From the NCBI GenBank assembly GCA_918234285.1, contig CAKJXZ020000012.1, positions 35,050 to 99,049 of the forward strand: 64,000 nucleotides of DNA. The letters run 5' to 3'. This DNA is from Pseudomonadota bacterium. Lineage in GTDB: Bacteria > Pseudomonadota > Alphaproteobacteria > RF32 > CAG-239. Below, in pieces: positions 40,610-50,781 of this stretch. The position numbers and the translations under genes were made by a program. The notes below the pieces were generated by a model. The model had not been told where the DNA came from. It was given only the letters and a program-made list of their open reading frames with translations, and ran no database searches. Within the stretch, counting starts at the first letter, position 1, and each line of letters opens with the position of its first letter.

Positions 40610-41352
40610 TTAAAAACAATGACATATTGAAACAACTGCCGCTTGATTTCGCCACTCATACCTATATGGGGCGTGACGATTTTATGGTTTCGGAGTGCAA
40701 CAAAGAGGCTTTTATGTTGCTTGACGGTTGGCCTAATTGGCTTGGCTCCGGTGCGGTGATTTACGGGCCTAAAGGGTGCGGAAAGTCGCATTTGGCGCAG
40801 CTGCTTTTGGAGAAAGTGCACAATATTTCTACCCCGCCGCTGACGGTATCAGTCATTAATTGCTCTACAATAAATATGCGTAATTTCAAAAAGTTGGCTA
40901 ATGAAAATAAAGTATTGGTTGTAGAAAATCTAAAGCCGGGTAATCATGACGAGGCATTGTTTCATTTGTTTAATCTGTTCAATGTTGCGGGGCGATGGAT
41001 ACTTTTTACGGCGGAAAAGGCTCCGGCGCAGATGAAATTCGCACTTAAGGACTTGCAGACCAGGCTTAATATGTTGCCATGTGCGGCGATTTCCGAACCG
41101 GACGATGTTATGTTGCAAATGCTTGTGGTTAAGCTGTTTGATGACAGGCAGTTGAAAATTACACCGGAAATTCTGCAATATATCATCAATAATGCGCCGC
41201 GCTCGTTTGCTTATATTGAACAACTTGTTGCGGAAATTGATGAGATTTCACTTGCATATCAAACGGCGGTAACATATACAGTAATCAGACAGGCTATGGA
41301 ATCTCTGACACTTAAAGACCGACATGAGCCTGATTTGTTTGATGATTATTAG
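40606..41352 (+). CDS. hdaA: DnaA regulatory inactivator HdaA
   Basis: QLPLDF clamp-binding motif, GPKGCGKSHL, EALFHLFN, DLQTRL, KLFDDRQL. Confidence 0.85.
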   Translation: MIKNNDILKQLPLDFATHTYMGRDDFMVSECNKEAFMLLDGWPNWLGSGAVIYGPKGCGKSHLAQLLLEKVHNISTPPLTVSVINCSTINMRNFKKLANENKVLVVENLKPGNHDEALFHLFNLFNVAGRWILFTAEKAPAQMKFALKDLQTRLNMLPCAAISEPDDVMLQMLVVKLFDDRQLKITPEILQYIINNAPRSFAYIEQLVAEIDEISLAYQTAVTYTVIRQAMESLTLKDRHEPDLFDDY

Positions 41353-41379
41353 AAATTAACAATTTTAAAGGAGAACAAA

Positions 41380-42087
41380 ATGAAAAAGTTTTTGCTTGAA
41401 CAAAAGTGGGTAGGGGTAGGCATTGTGGTGATTGTATCACTGCTGGTCGCTTGGATTTCCACCTCGAAAACGGTGAAGTTCGTACAGGCTGTTTCACCGT
41501 ATATATCCGAAGAAGCACAGGCTTTCCTGCCGATTACGTTTGAAAACGGAGTTATTACCGAGCCGCAGAATGCGGTTATTACTAAAGAATATAATTACGG
41601 TTATAATAATGAGAAGGTGGTTAAAGTTGTGCTTAACACCGCAGTTGACGAGCTGAACAGCAATGATATCAAAGATTCCGGTGTTTATTTCAGCCGCAAA
41701 TATATGTATGCCGTTTCGCCGCAAAAAACGGAAATCAGAACATTTGAAGATTTCCCGAATATGACGGTTGATCAAGAGACGTTCGATTCCGGTATAAAAT
41801 GGTTGGAAACCAAGGTAAGCGGTTATTTGTTTGTTATCATCTTTTTCATGATGCTGATTTGGATTGGTCTTGCCTCCGCAGTTTATGCTGCAATTTCGCA
41901 ATTGCTGCTCGGTAAGGTGGTTCCGTCCGCATTTGCCCGCACTTTGCGGATTACGACTATAGGCTATGTGGTTTTATTCATAATTGAACTCGGGACCGGT
42001 TTAGGTATCAACATATTAATTAAATTGGTGTTGTTGGTATTGTTAAACTACTTCATTAATAAACAATTGTATATTGTTGAAAAATAG
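41380..42087 (+). CDS. Hypothetical membrane protein (DUF1189-like architecture)
   Basis: N-terminal TM, soluble loop (LPITFENGVI), ~3 C-terminal TMs; AGGAG RBS. Confidence 0.6.
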   Translation: MKKFLLEQKWVGVGIVVIVSLLVAWISTSKTVKFVQAVSPYISEEAQAFLPITFENGVITEPQNAVITKEYNYGYNNEKVVKVVLNTAVDELNSNDIKDSGVYFSRKYMYAVSPQKTEIRTFEDFPNMTVDQETFDSGIKWLETKVSGYLFVIIFFMMLIWIGLASAVYAAISQLLLGKVVPSAFARTLRITTIGYVVLFIIELGTGLGINILIKLVLLVLLNYFINKQLYIVEK

Positions 42088-42109
42088 TACTTTTTCTATT
42101 CTTTATATG

Positions 42110-42139
42110 GTGAGCAGGTTACAGCCTGCTCACTTTTTT
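42110..42139 (+). terminator. Intrinsic terminator
   Basis: GTGAGCAGG-TTACAG-CCTGCTCAC followed by TTTTTT. Confidence 0.75.
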
Positions 42140-42393
42140 ATTTTGCTGATTGACAAAATGCGAAAATAGGATTACAATTATCGTTGCTTGTTAATTATTG
42201 ATATTAGATTATGGTTGTATTATTGATGGATTGGGACTAATCACCCGAAACGGAGAAAGGACAATCAACAAAGTCGAACACAATAAGCGATAAGCAGGTT
42301 TTTTGCCGATACCGTCAGTGGTTTTCGGGTTCCTCAAATAACCTTTACAAGATTACGCCGCGGGAACCGGCGAGCCATCAAAACTTTTATTTT

Positions 42394-43899
42394 ATGGCAA
42401 AATCTGTTTCGACAAGTCTGTATGACTTCTTTATGTTCAGTTACAGACTGGTTATTTTTGTTTTGTTCGGCAATCCGTTGTCGATGGTTATTTACAATCT
42501 TCTGGCGCCGCGCGATGCGGCTGAATTCGCAAACAATCGCAATATTTTCGGTGAAAAAATCTATGCTTTCTATGAGCGTCATGCGCTCAAGTGGCATTTT
42601 CACTGGGCAAAATATTGGATGAAACTGGATCGGCTTTCCGATTATACGGTAAAACAGCAAATCAACTATCTGTTTAAGGTCGCTTTCCGCAATCAGACGG
42701 AGGTTGAGGCCTTGAAGGCCATGGGCGAGAATCGTACCGGCGTCAAAGACGCTTACAGTGAGCTGTTTTTCAAATACGGAAAGAAGTATCTGCCGTTAAG
42801 ACATAGTGATGTTAAAAATCGGGAGACTCCCAAGTGGTATCGCCGACCGGTTGCAGTTTTTATGATGCAGAACATTCGTCTGGACGGTGATTTTCTGAAG
42901 GCTATGATCGAGTGGGCCAAGCATGATGAAGAGATTCGTTTTGCTCTTAAAGAGTATCTCTCTACGGGTAAGCTCAACGATTCGCAAACACAGTTGTTGG
43001 TTGACTCGGTTAAGTCTGCCGATGAAGCCGGTGTCGACTTGCAAATGCTCGGTCTGTTGGCCGATTACATCAAGCGCTACGGCATTTGCAAAGAGCAGGT
43101 GCAGCTGTTGAAGGCCAGATTGGCCAAGCCGTGCTTTGAGTTTGTGCTCAACGCCGACAAGCACTATCGCCATTGTAAAGCGGTGCGTGCCGGTCAAAAA
43201 GACGAGACAAAGTGGGAAGAGTATTGCAAGCAGATTGAATCTCTGGTTCCGGAAGCGCAGAAGCTGATGACCACCAATCAGTATGCCGTGTACAGTCGTA
43301 CCGGACATACGCTTGATAACGAGGTTATCTACGATTTTCTGCACAACCGGAAAGACGAAATTCTGTGGAGATTGATTTTCCTGCGTGAGCCGAATCACGG
43401 CCTGTATGACGCACAGACGCATACTCTGGTGGTGGAAACCGAAACCACCTGGAACAAGGTATATCGGAAGACATTCAACGATATGTTCGAAAAGTTGCGT
43501 ACCAAGGTCACAACCGGCAAGGAGTTGAATGAAGAAGAGCAGGTTGAACTGTTCAATTCTCCGTATGCCAGCGTGTTGGCACCGGAATATTTCTCCGCTC
43601 GTCGCTTGTGTCCCGCCGCCGAGGCATACATGCTGTCGCTGCTTGATTACAGTGCCGCCGTCGAGTTTTATATCGACAAGTACGGACTCTCCACCGAGGC
43701 CATTGAGAAGATGTTTGAAGCGAACTTTGCGCCCCGCTTGGTTCGGAAGTTCGTTACCAAGTACTCTCTGGGCAATGCGGATGTCAAACTCTTTGATATG
43801 AAAATGGATGACATCAAGGATGTTGTTCTGCAGTATCATAAGCTCTTCAAGCTGACCCCAAAGGCTGAAAAGCTGGCGCGAGAGAAAGGCTGGATTTAG
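42394..43899 (+). CDS. Hypothetical protein with C-terminal ~24-aa helical repeats
   Basis: 501-aa ORF; repeats RLCPAAE, GLSTEAI, SLGNAD, KLTPKAE. Confidence 0.65.
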   Translation: MAKSVSTSLYDFFMFSYRLVIFVLFGNPLSMVIYNLLAPRDAAEFANNRNIFGEKIYAFYERHALKWHFHWAKYWMKLDRLSDYTVKQQINYLFKVAFRNQTEVEALKAMGENRTGVKDAYSELFFKYGKKYLPLRHSDVKNRETPKWYRRPVAVFMMQNIRLDGDFLKAMIEWAKHDEEIRFALKEYLSTGKLNDSQTQLLVDSVKSADEAGVDLQMLGLLADYIKRYGICKEQVQLLKARLAKPCFEFVLNADKHYRHCKAVRAGQKDETKWEEYCKQIESLVPEAQKLMTTNQYAVYSRTGHTLDNEVIYDFLHNRKDEILWRLIFLREPNHGLYDAQTHTLVVETETTWNKVYRKTFNDMFEKLRTKVTTGKELNEEEQVELFNSPYASVLAPEYFSARRLCPAAEAYMLSLLDYSAAVEFYIDKYGLSTEAIEKMFEANFAPRLVRKFVTKYSLGNADVKLFDMKMDDIKDVVLQYHKLFKLTPKAEKLAREKGWI

Positions 43900-43912
43900 T
43901 CCTCATCTATAC

Positions 43913-43990
43913 AAAGGCCGACGGAATTTTCCGTTGGCCTTTTTTCTTTTTTGTGCACAAAAAAAGCATCGGAACTCGCCGATGCTTTTT
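43913..43990. terminator. Two back-to-back terminators between convergent genes
   Basis: AAAGGCCGACGGAA-TT-TTCCGTTGGCCTTT plus T-run; AAAAAGCATCGG...CCGATGCTTTTT. Confidence 0.7.
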
Positions 43991-44007
43991 CTTTAATTTG
44001 CTTCCGA

Positions 44008-44742
44008 TTATTTGGCAGCATTGATTGCAGCCTGAATCGGATCCGGAGACATGGCCGGAACGTGTCTGGCATTGACGAATACGGTCGGAACACCATTTAC
44101 CTCAATGTTTTGTGCCAATGCGGAAACATCGGCCAAAGCAGCAGCGGTTTCCTCGGAGTTCAAATCAGCCTTAAATTTATCCATATCCAAACCGAGTTTA
44201 CCGGCAACGGCATCAACATCGGCTTCGGTCATACGGCCGGCAAAGTTCATAACTTCTTTGTAATATTCAATGAATTTGCCCTGTTTGAATGCGGCAATAC
44301 CGCCCTTAGCCTGATACGGAGAAGCCTGAGATACGAAAGATACCGGCTTGAATACGACTTTTACATCCGGATTGTCGGCAACAATCTTTTCGATTGCCGG
44401 AGACAATTTTTTGCAATAGCCGCAAGAGAAATCGAAGAATTCAACAACCGTAACTTTAGCGTCTTTCGGACCGATGAACGGTAAATTGGTTTCATCGCCG
44501 ATTTTCGGACCGAACTCAGCCAGTCTTTCATTACGGATTCTTTCGGCTTCTTCACGTTGAAACTTTTCATAAGCCGCCAAAGCATCAGCCATAATCTTCG
44601 GATTTTTGGTCAGAACAGTAGCTAATTGTTCTGCGTCAATGGCAGCTTCAGCCGGAACGGCTTTACATTTGCAAGTAGAATAAATTGCAACAGCTGCTAA
44701 AATGATAGCAACCGTAGAAAGAAAGATTGAAAAATTTTTCAT
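44008..44742 (-). CDS. DsbA/Com1-family thioredoxin-fold protein
   Basis: N-terminal anchor; VVEFFDFSCGYCK; cis-Pro motif GVPT. Confidence 0.9.
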   Translation of the reverse strand: MKNFSIFLSTVAIILAAVAIYSTCKCKAVPAEAAIDAEQLATVLTKNPKIMADALAAYEKFQREEAERIRNERLAEFGPKIGDETNLPFIGPKDAKVTVVEFFDFSCGYCKKLSPAIEKIVADNPDVKVVFKPVSFVSQASPYQAKGGIAAFKQGKFIEYYKEVMNFAGRMTEADVDAVAGKLGLDMDKFKADLNSEETAAALADVSALAQNIEVNGVPTVFVNARHVPAMSPDPIQAAINAAK

Positions 44743-44894
44743 ATTTATTTCCTTTTAATAATTTTAATTGTTCAAACAGGTATAACATAATCACATTTTT
44801 TTATTTAAGCAAGTAAAAAAATATAGTTCAAAATAAAAGTGGACTTTAAATTATTTTGCGTTAAGATTAACGGCAATAGAGGGGAGAAATCGAA

Positions 44895-45554
44895 ATGTTT
44901 AATCTGAAATTATCGATATTTTCCGGCACTCGTGAGCTGGAAGAAAAAATAGATGAAATGCACGATCAGGTGATTGAGAGTGTGTTGGCATTTCAAAATG
45001 CGTTCGAAATATATCTTAAAGAAAAACGCAGTACCAAATATCGCCATGCCAGTAAAAAAATGAAACAAATCGAGGCCAAAGCCGATGATTTGCGGCGCGA
45101 TATCGAAAGCCGGCTGTATATTCATAACCTGATTCCGGATTTACGCGCCGATGTTTTGCAAATGGTGGAAAATATCGATAAAGTGATTAATGAATTTGAT
45201 GAAGTGGCACATAAATTTTATATTGAACAGCCGGATATTCCGGAAAAATATCAGGGAAAATTCCGCAAACTGGTAAAAGAAGTTTCCGATTGTGCCGAAA
45301 ATATGGCCATCGCTTCACGTGCGTTTTTTCGCGATTTTACCACGGTACGCGACTATTCGCGCAAGGTTTATTTTTTGGAACAGGAGAGTGATAAAACCTG
45401 GGCCGAATTAAAGCAAAACGTGTTCGATTCGGATATGGAATTGGCTCACAAAATTCAACTCAATGCCTTAATCGGTGATGTGGCCGATATTGCCGACCGA
45501 GCGGAAGATTGCATTGACGCGTTGCTGATTTTCACTATTAAACGGGATATCTGA
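44895..45554 (+). CDS. DUF47 (PhoU-like) phosphate transport accessory protein
   Basis: EAKADDLRR, EQESD, IADRAED; coupled to the pit gene. Confidence 0.88.
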   Translation: MFNLKLSIFSGTRELEEKIDEMHDQVIESVLAFQNAFEIYLKEKRSTKYRHASKKMKQIEAKADDLRRDIESRLYIHNLIPDLRADVLQMVENIDKVINEFDEVAHKFYIEQPDIPEKYQGKFRKLVKEVSDCAENMAIASRAFFRDFTTVRDYSRKVYFLEQESDKTWAELKQNVFDSDMELAHKIQLNALIGDVADIADRAEDCIDALLIFTIKRDI

Positions 45555-46606
45555 TGGATTTAAGCTATTTGTTTTATTTGAGCAGCGGTTTGTTTTTGGG
45601 GTGGTCGTTGGGTGCCAATGATGCCGCCAATATTTTTGGTACGGCCGTCGGCTCTAAAATGGTACGCTTTTCTACTATTGCTGCGGTGGCCAGTATTTTT
45701 GTGGTTATCGGGGCGGTGTTCGGCGGTTCCGGTACCAGTGAAACCCTGGGCGCACTCGGCTCGGTGAATGCGTTGGCCGGAGCGTTTATGGTGGCTCTTT
45801 CGGCGGCATTGGCCGTGTATATGATGTTGCGCACCGGTTTAACCGTATCCACTTCGCAGGCGATTGTCGGTGCGATTGTCGGTTGGAACCTTTATGCCGG
45901 AAAACCTACCGATTATACTACTTTGGCAGAGATTGTCGGTACCTGGACCACCTGTCCGCTGTTATCAGGCATAGTGGCGATTATCTTGTATCTGTGTTTG
46001 AAAAAGTTGCGGAAGTGCTCGAGTATGCACCTCTTGACGCGTGATCAGGTGACGCGCATCGGATTGATTATTACCGCAGCGGTCGGAGCTTATGCGCTCG
46101 GCGCCAACAATATTGCGAATGTGGTGGGGGTGTTTATGAAATCGTGCCCGTTTAAGCCGCTTCATTTCGGTAATTTTACCACGCTTAATCCGCACCAGGT
46201 GCTGTTTTTGCTTGGTGCTATAGCGATTTGTATCGGTATTTGGACTTATTCTCGCAAGGTAATTAAAACCGTGGGCAACAGCCTGATGCGGATGTCGCCG
46301 TCGGTGGCGCTGATTATTGTTTTGGCGCAAGCTACGGTGTTGTTGCTGTTTTCGTCGGTAAGCCTGCATGATTGGTTGGCAGCCTCTTCTTTGCCGACTA
46401 TTCCGTTGGTGCCGGTATCAAGCACTCAGGCGGTTATCGGCGCAGTTATCGGTATCGGACTGATAAAAGGCGGGCGCGGCATTAATTGGGGCATTATCGG
46501 CAAAATCGTCACCGGTTGGGTGGTGGCGCCGCTGATGGCGATGTTGATTTGCTTTATCTGCCTGTTTTTCTTGGAAAACGTGTTTAACCAAACAGTATTT
46601 ATGTGA
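45554..46606 (+). CDS. pit: Inorganic phosphate transporter, PiT family
   Basis: GANDAAN and GANNIAN signatures; VSTSQAIVG and PVSSTQAVIG. Confidence 0.92.
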   Translation: MDLSYLFYLSSGLFLGWSLGANDAANIFGTAVGSKMVRFSTIAAVASIFVVIGAVFGGSGTSETLGALGSVNALAGAFMVALSAALAVYMMLRTGLTVSTSQAIVGAIVGWNLYAGKPTDYTTLAEIVGTWTTCPLLSGIVAIILYLCLKKLRKCSSMHLLTRDQVTRIGLIITAAVGAYALGANNIANVVGVFMKSCPFKPLHFGNFTTLNPHQVLFLLGAIAICIGIWTYSRKVIKTVGNSLMRMSPSVALIIVLAQATVLLLFSSVSLHDWLAASSLPTIPLVPVSSTQAVIGAVIGIGLIKGGRGINWGIIGKIVTGWVVAPLMAMLICFICLFFLENVFNQTVFM

Positions 46607-46700
46607 TTTAGCGATTTTTTTGCTCGCGTTTATTTTTGCCTTCAAAATAAGATTTTTCATTTTATACACCGTTTTATTTTATATTTTTCTTATTTTAAAC

Positions 46701-46914
46701 TTGACAGAGATATAAAGTTGTGTTATTCGTATATTGTCTCTGTTGTTGACATCATGTTTGTTTTCTTTCAATAAACCGCAATGGCTTTCGGGCTTATGCA
46801 GTTTGTTTTGATGTCGCGATAGAATAATAAATAAATTATTGTATAAGAATTTAATTATAAAATTAAAGGAGTAATAAAAATGAAAATAGAAAACTTTTAT
46901 AAAAGGAGGCAAAT
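46701..46914 (+). promoter_or_regulatory. Putative promoter/leader of the head toxin gene, with tandem RBSs
   Basis: TTGACA at 46701; AAGGAG before ATG 46880 (18-codon uORF); AGGAGG before ATG 46915. Confidence 0.45.
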
Positions 46915-48224
46915 ATGGATATTTGGGACGAAATAAAGACATTGGCGGGCTATCAATCCGGCCGCGGAGGGGTGGATAGCTATGGGGTTGACCACAGCGG
47001 ATTTTCAACGCGTGATGAGTTGGAATATCAAAGTGCGCGATTAGCCAGAGAAAATCAACTGGCGGAGAATTTCAGCAAGCAAGGGATAGCCGAAGAAAAC
47101 TATCCGCAGTTCGGCACTAACTTTTGGGGAGGAACGCCGGAAAATAACTACGGCTTCGGCACTTCAAACATTAAGCAAAATATCGAAAACGTTACAAATC
47201 GGCTTAATAACAACACAAATAACGGGCAAGTCACTACAAATTCCGATTATACAGCCAACACCGAAAGCTTGGTCGGAAAACCGAGCAGTTATTTTCAAAA
47301 TAACAACACTTTCGGTGGGTTTAGCAATAACAACACAGGCAATACAGCTAATACGATAGGACAATCAAATAGTAATACTATGGGAAATAATAACCCAAAT
47401 ACTTGGAGTAATACCGGCGGTTTTGGCGGATATACAAGCAACGGATTTAGCACAAATGCGAATATGGGGACTAATGCAAACTTTGGCGCAAATCCGAGCT
47501 TTGCTGCAAGTCCAAGCTACTGCACTACGCCGACGTTACAAAATCAAACCCCGACGCCGTGGAGTTGAGTTATAACGAACCACAAACGACACCAACCCCG
47601 TGGAACAATCCGTCAGCACAGGTTACACCGTCTCCGTGGGTCGATAATTCTCTGACCAAAAATCAACGTATTCTAGCACTAAGATACGGAAAACCACTAA
47701 ACCTATATATGGGAAATGCATGGAATGCGAACTATGAATGGCCTTGGTACACAATGAATTGGTTGGGTAAGTATTATGTAGATAAGCATAATAATGATAT
47801 TGAAAAATATGCTATTCAAAATAATATAAATCCAGACTTAGTTCGTGCGGTAATGTATAATGAAGGCGCTACAGGACATAAAGGTATATTCAACTATTTA
47901 TGGGATGTTTTGGGATGGTCAGGTAGTCAAATGCCGATGAATATTCAAGGTAAGACATGGGGAGATTTTGACGGCAAACACTATGATACTGACATACCTC
48001 AGCAGAATATTGAATTAGGAACAAAGGTTTTGAAACAAATGCAAAATTCCTTAAATGAACCTACGCCGGATAGAGTTGGAACATTATGGAATGAGACCGG
48101 AGCCAATAATATAAATGACGTTGGTGCAAGAGTGAAGACGGCTTATGATACAAAACCTTGGTTAGGAGAAAAACAATGGGAGCAAAAGCTATTGGAGTTC
48201 TTTTTCGGAAACAAGAAAAAATAA
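46915..48224 (+). pseudogene. Head toxin B1: conserved N-domain + Asn-rich linker + SLT/lysozyme-like C-terminus, frameshifted by a 5-bp duplication
   Basis: ORFs 46915..47568 and 47559..48224 fuse in frame if one GAGTT of GAGTTGAGTT (47562-47571) is removed. The CT has IEKYAIQNNINPDLVRAVMYNE...QNIELGTKVL...WN. Confidence 0.8.
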
Positions 48225-48751
48225 TACGTTATATTTTGGCGGCAACATGGTTCGTTTTTGCAACCATTGTAGCCGTCACATTATATCGTGCCGGTATGGA
48301 AACCAATAATAATGGAGAATCTTGTGATTATAATATATGGGAAAAAGGTTTAATATACCAATGGATATGGTACGGAGGTGAACCATGTATCTTTTCCTTA
48401 GAATATTACATAACCGTATCTTTTTTTATAATTCCGCTCTATCTCTTATATGACTATGTTCGGCGGAAGATAGTAGGATTTAATCCGGATATTCTTTGGC
48501 GGATGGCAGAAGTAGGAGTATGGTTTGTCTTAAATTGGGGATATTTATTGTGGCTGACCGCAACGGATTACGGAACATTAAATTGGACAATGGGTTGGAC
48601 ATCTTTTGTCGGCACTTTGCTGTTTTTTGTTCCGATTATTCTATTGACAAGCGGTGTGCGTTTTTTAAGCAATCGTGCGGTTTTATGGACATTCTTCGGA
48701 ATTCTGCTTGCTTATTTCGGCTTGGTGTTTTTAGCCATAGTATATCAATAA
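48176..48751 (+). CDS. Membrane protein with Cys-containing periplasmic loop, candidate immunity for B1
   Basis: AGGAG RBS and ATG 48176 overlap the toxin 3' end; multi-TM; paralog of 16690. Confidence 0.7.
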   Translation: MGAKAIGVLFRKQEKIIRYILAATWFVFATIVAVTLYRAGMETNNNGESCDYNIWEKGLIYQWIWYGGEPCIFSLEYYITVSFFIIPLYLLYDYVRRKIVGFNPDILWRMAEVGVWFVLNWGYLLWLTATDYGTLNWTMGWTSFVGTLLFFVPIILLTSGVRFLSNRAVLWTFFGILLAYFGLVFLAIVYQ

Positions 48752-48822
48752 TTCAACAAGGTAGCGACATTCACAACTAAAAGTAAAAGAGGCTGCAAAG
48801 CCTCCTTTGTTCCGCAATATGA

Positions 48823-49968
48823 GTGGTACGATATTATAGCCAAATGGGGATAGCACAAGAAAACTACCCGCAGTTTGGTACAAACTTTTGGGGAGGAACG
48901 CCGGAAAATAACTACGGCTTCGGCACTTCAAACATTAAGCAAAACATTGAAAGTGTTACAAACCGGTTGAATAATGGCGGTTTTAGTGGCGGCACAAATA
49001 ACGGATTTAATAACAACACAAATAACGGTCAAGTTTTTGCAAATTCAAACTATACGGTCAACACCGAAAGCTTAGTCGGCAAACCAAGCAGTTATTTTCA
49101 AAATAATAACACTTTCGGTGGGTTTAGCAATAACAACACAGGCAATACAGCTAATACGATAGGACAATCAAATAGTAATACTATGGGAAATAATAACCCA
49201 AATACTTGGAGTAATACCGGTAGCTTTGTCAGAAATAAAAGCAACGGGCCTAACGCAAATACGAATTTTGGCGCAAATCAGAGTTTTGCAACAACGTCAA
49301 CGCAGCAGATGACCACCCCGACGCCGTGGAGCAATCCTGCGGAACAAATCAGTCCGGTGCCGTGGCGGAATAATCAAACAGTAACACCATGGGCAGGAGG
49401 TTATGATTTAAGCGATGAATACACTATTACTATAAATTCAAATCCACAACCTTATATATTTTCTGAAGATATGCGCAATCGCCTGGGTGAGTTGGAATCT
49501 GGTAATAATTATACTAAAGTGAATTCAGAAGGTGGTGGTATCGGAGCGTTAGGCAGATATCAAATTCGTCGTGATGGTTTTAAAGATTCCGGATATATCA
49601 ATGCAAACAATCAATGGGCTGGAAAAAATGATATTAATTCTGTGGATGATTATCTAAACAATTCAGCACTTCAAGAACAAGCATTAGACGATTTTATGAA
49701 AGCAAAATACCATCAGCTCCAAAATAATGGTTCTCGCCAATATTTAGGTTATCCAATAAAGGGAATTGTTGACAACTTTAATATTACCGATACAGGACTT
49801 TTAGCGGCAAGTCATCGTGAAGGGGCCGGAGCTGTTCATAATTATTTATCTCATCTTGAAAAAGATGAAAATGGGCGATACTACTTGAATTATGATAAAG
49901 TCTCTGACCCCCGCCAACGAGAGATGTTTAAGCGAATTGAAACAAGGTTGAGAAAATTTGAAAAATAG
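48823..49968 (+). pseudogene. Orphan toxin cassette B2 (5'-truncated) with lysozyme-like C-terminal domain
   Basis: Begins mid-conserved domain right after a terminator, with no RBS. The CT has LGELESGNNY..VN...ALGRYQ...YLNNSALQE...GLLAASHREGAG. Confidence 0.75.
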
Positions 49969-50563
49969 TTTGTTGATATTACTTATAGCTTTATCTTGCG
50001 GCTCAGCTTATGCTTTGCCGCAAGATTGGCCATGTAAAGATTTTGAACTCCAAAAATGTGAACAAACCGAAAAATCAACCGACTATATTGTATATTGCGG
50101 AAAAGATAATGACTATGCATTGAAAGTAAATGTGTTTTGGCAGAAAGATAAGGAAGCCGATGATTGCGGCACTGCAGGATGCGATGGCACAATTAAAAAT
50201 TTAAAAACAGAACAAGAGGAAAATTTGCGTTTCTTTTGCAAAACTGAAAATAATTACAATATAGCAAAGTGCCATATTCGAGTAGGAGAAGAATATATAT
50301 TACACAAAGTTACAGATGATTATTATCAAGTTAATTTATGCAATAATACTTTTTTTAAGTATGTTAATTTTAATGAATGTTCCGAATGTATGTGTATAGT
50401 TCACGATTCAAGAAAAAAAGGCGGTGATTCTGATTTTTATATGGGATGCGGAATTGGAAATAGTAATAAATTACATTGTATGACCGGAAATATTTACGAA
50501 GAGAAATATAATCCGACCAATGATAATGATTTTAAAAACTGTATTAGTTTAAGGATAAGATAG
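49958..50563 (+). CDS. Exported Cys-rich protein, candidate immunity for B2
   Basis: TTG start overlapping the toxin stop; Sec signal (SAYA|LP); many Cys including DDCGTAGC. Confidence 0.7.
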   Translation: MKNSLLILLIALSCGSAYALPQDWPCKDFELQKCEQTEKSTDYIVYCGKDNDYALKVNVFWQKDKEADDCGTAGCDGTIKNLKTEQEENLRFFCKTENNYNIAKCHIRVGEEYILHKVTDDYYQVNLCNNTFFKYVNFNECSECMCIVHDSRKKGGDSDFYMGCGIGNSNKLHCMTGNIYEEKYNPTNDNDFKNCISLRIR

Positions 50564-50781
50564 AATTTTCTGATTTTGATAATTTTCCATTACCATTAAA
50601 AGAAGTGTTGCTGGATATTCAGTATAATACTGGAAACTTAAACCAACAAAATTGGCCAAATTTATACCGTGCAACCAGAAACCGCGACGTTAATGGCATT
50701 GTATCAAACGTGCATCGCAGAGACGTGGCTCAAAGACGTAATAATTGGACAAGAGATACGGCGCGCTCAATCCGATTCTGA
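50563..50781 (+). pseudogene. C-terminal remnant of a T4-lysozyme/pesticin-like muramidase (toxin B3)
   Basis: Unannotated frame EFSDFDNFPLPLKEVLLDIQYNTGNLNQQNWPNLYRATRNRDVNGIVSNVHRRDVAQRRNNWTRDTARSIRF*; no start codon. Confidence 0.65.
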
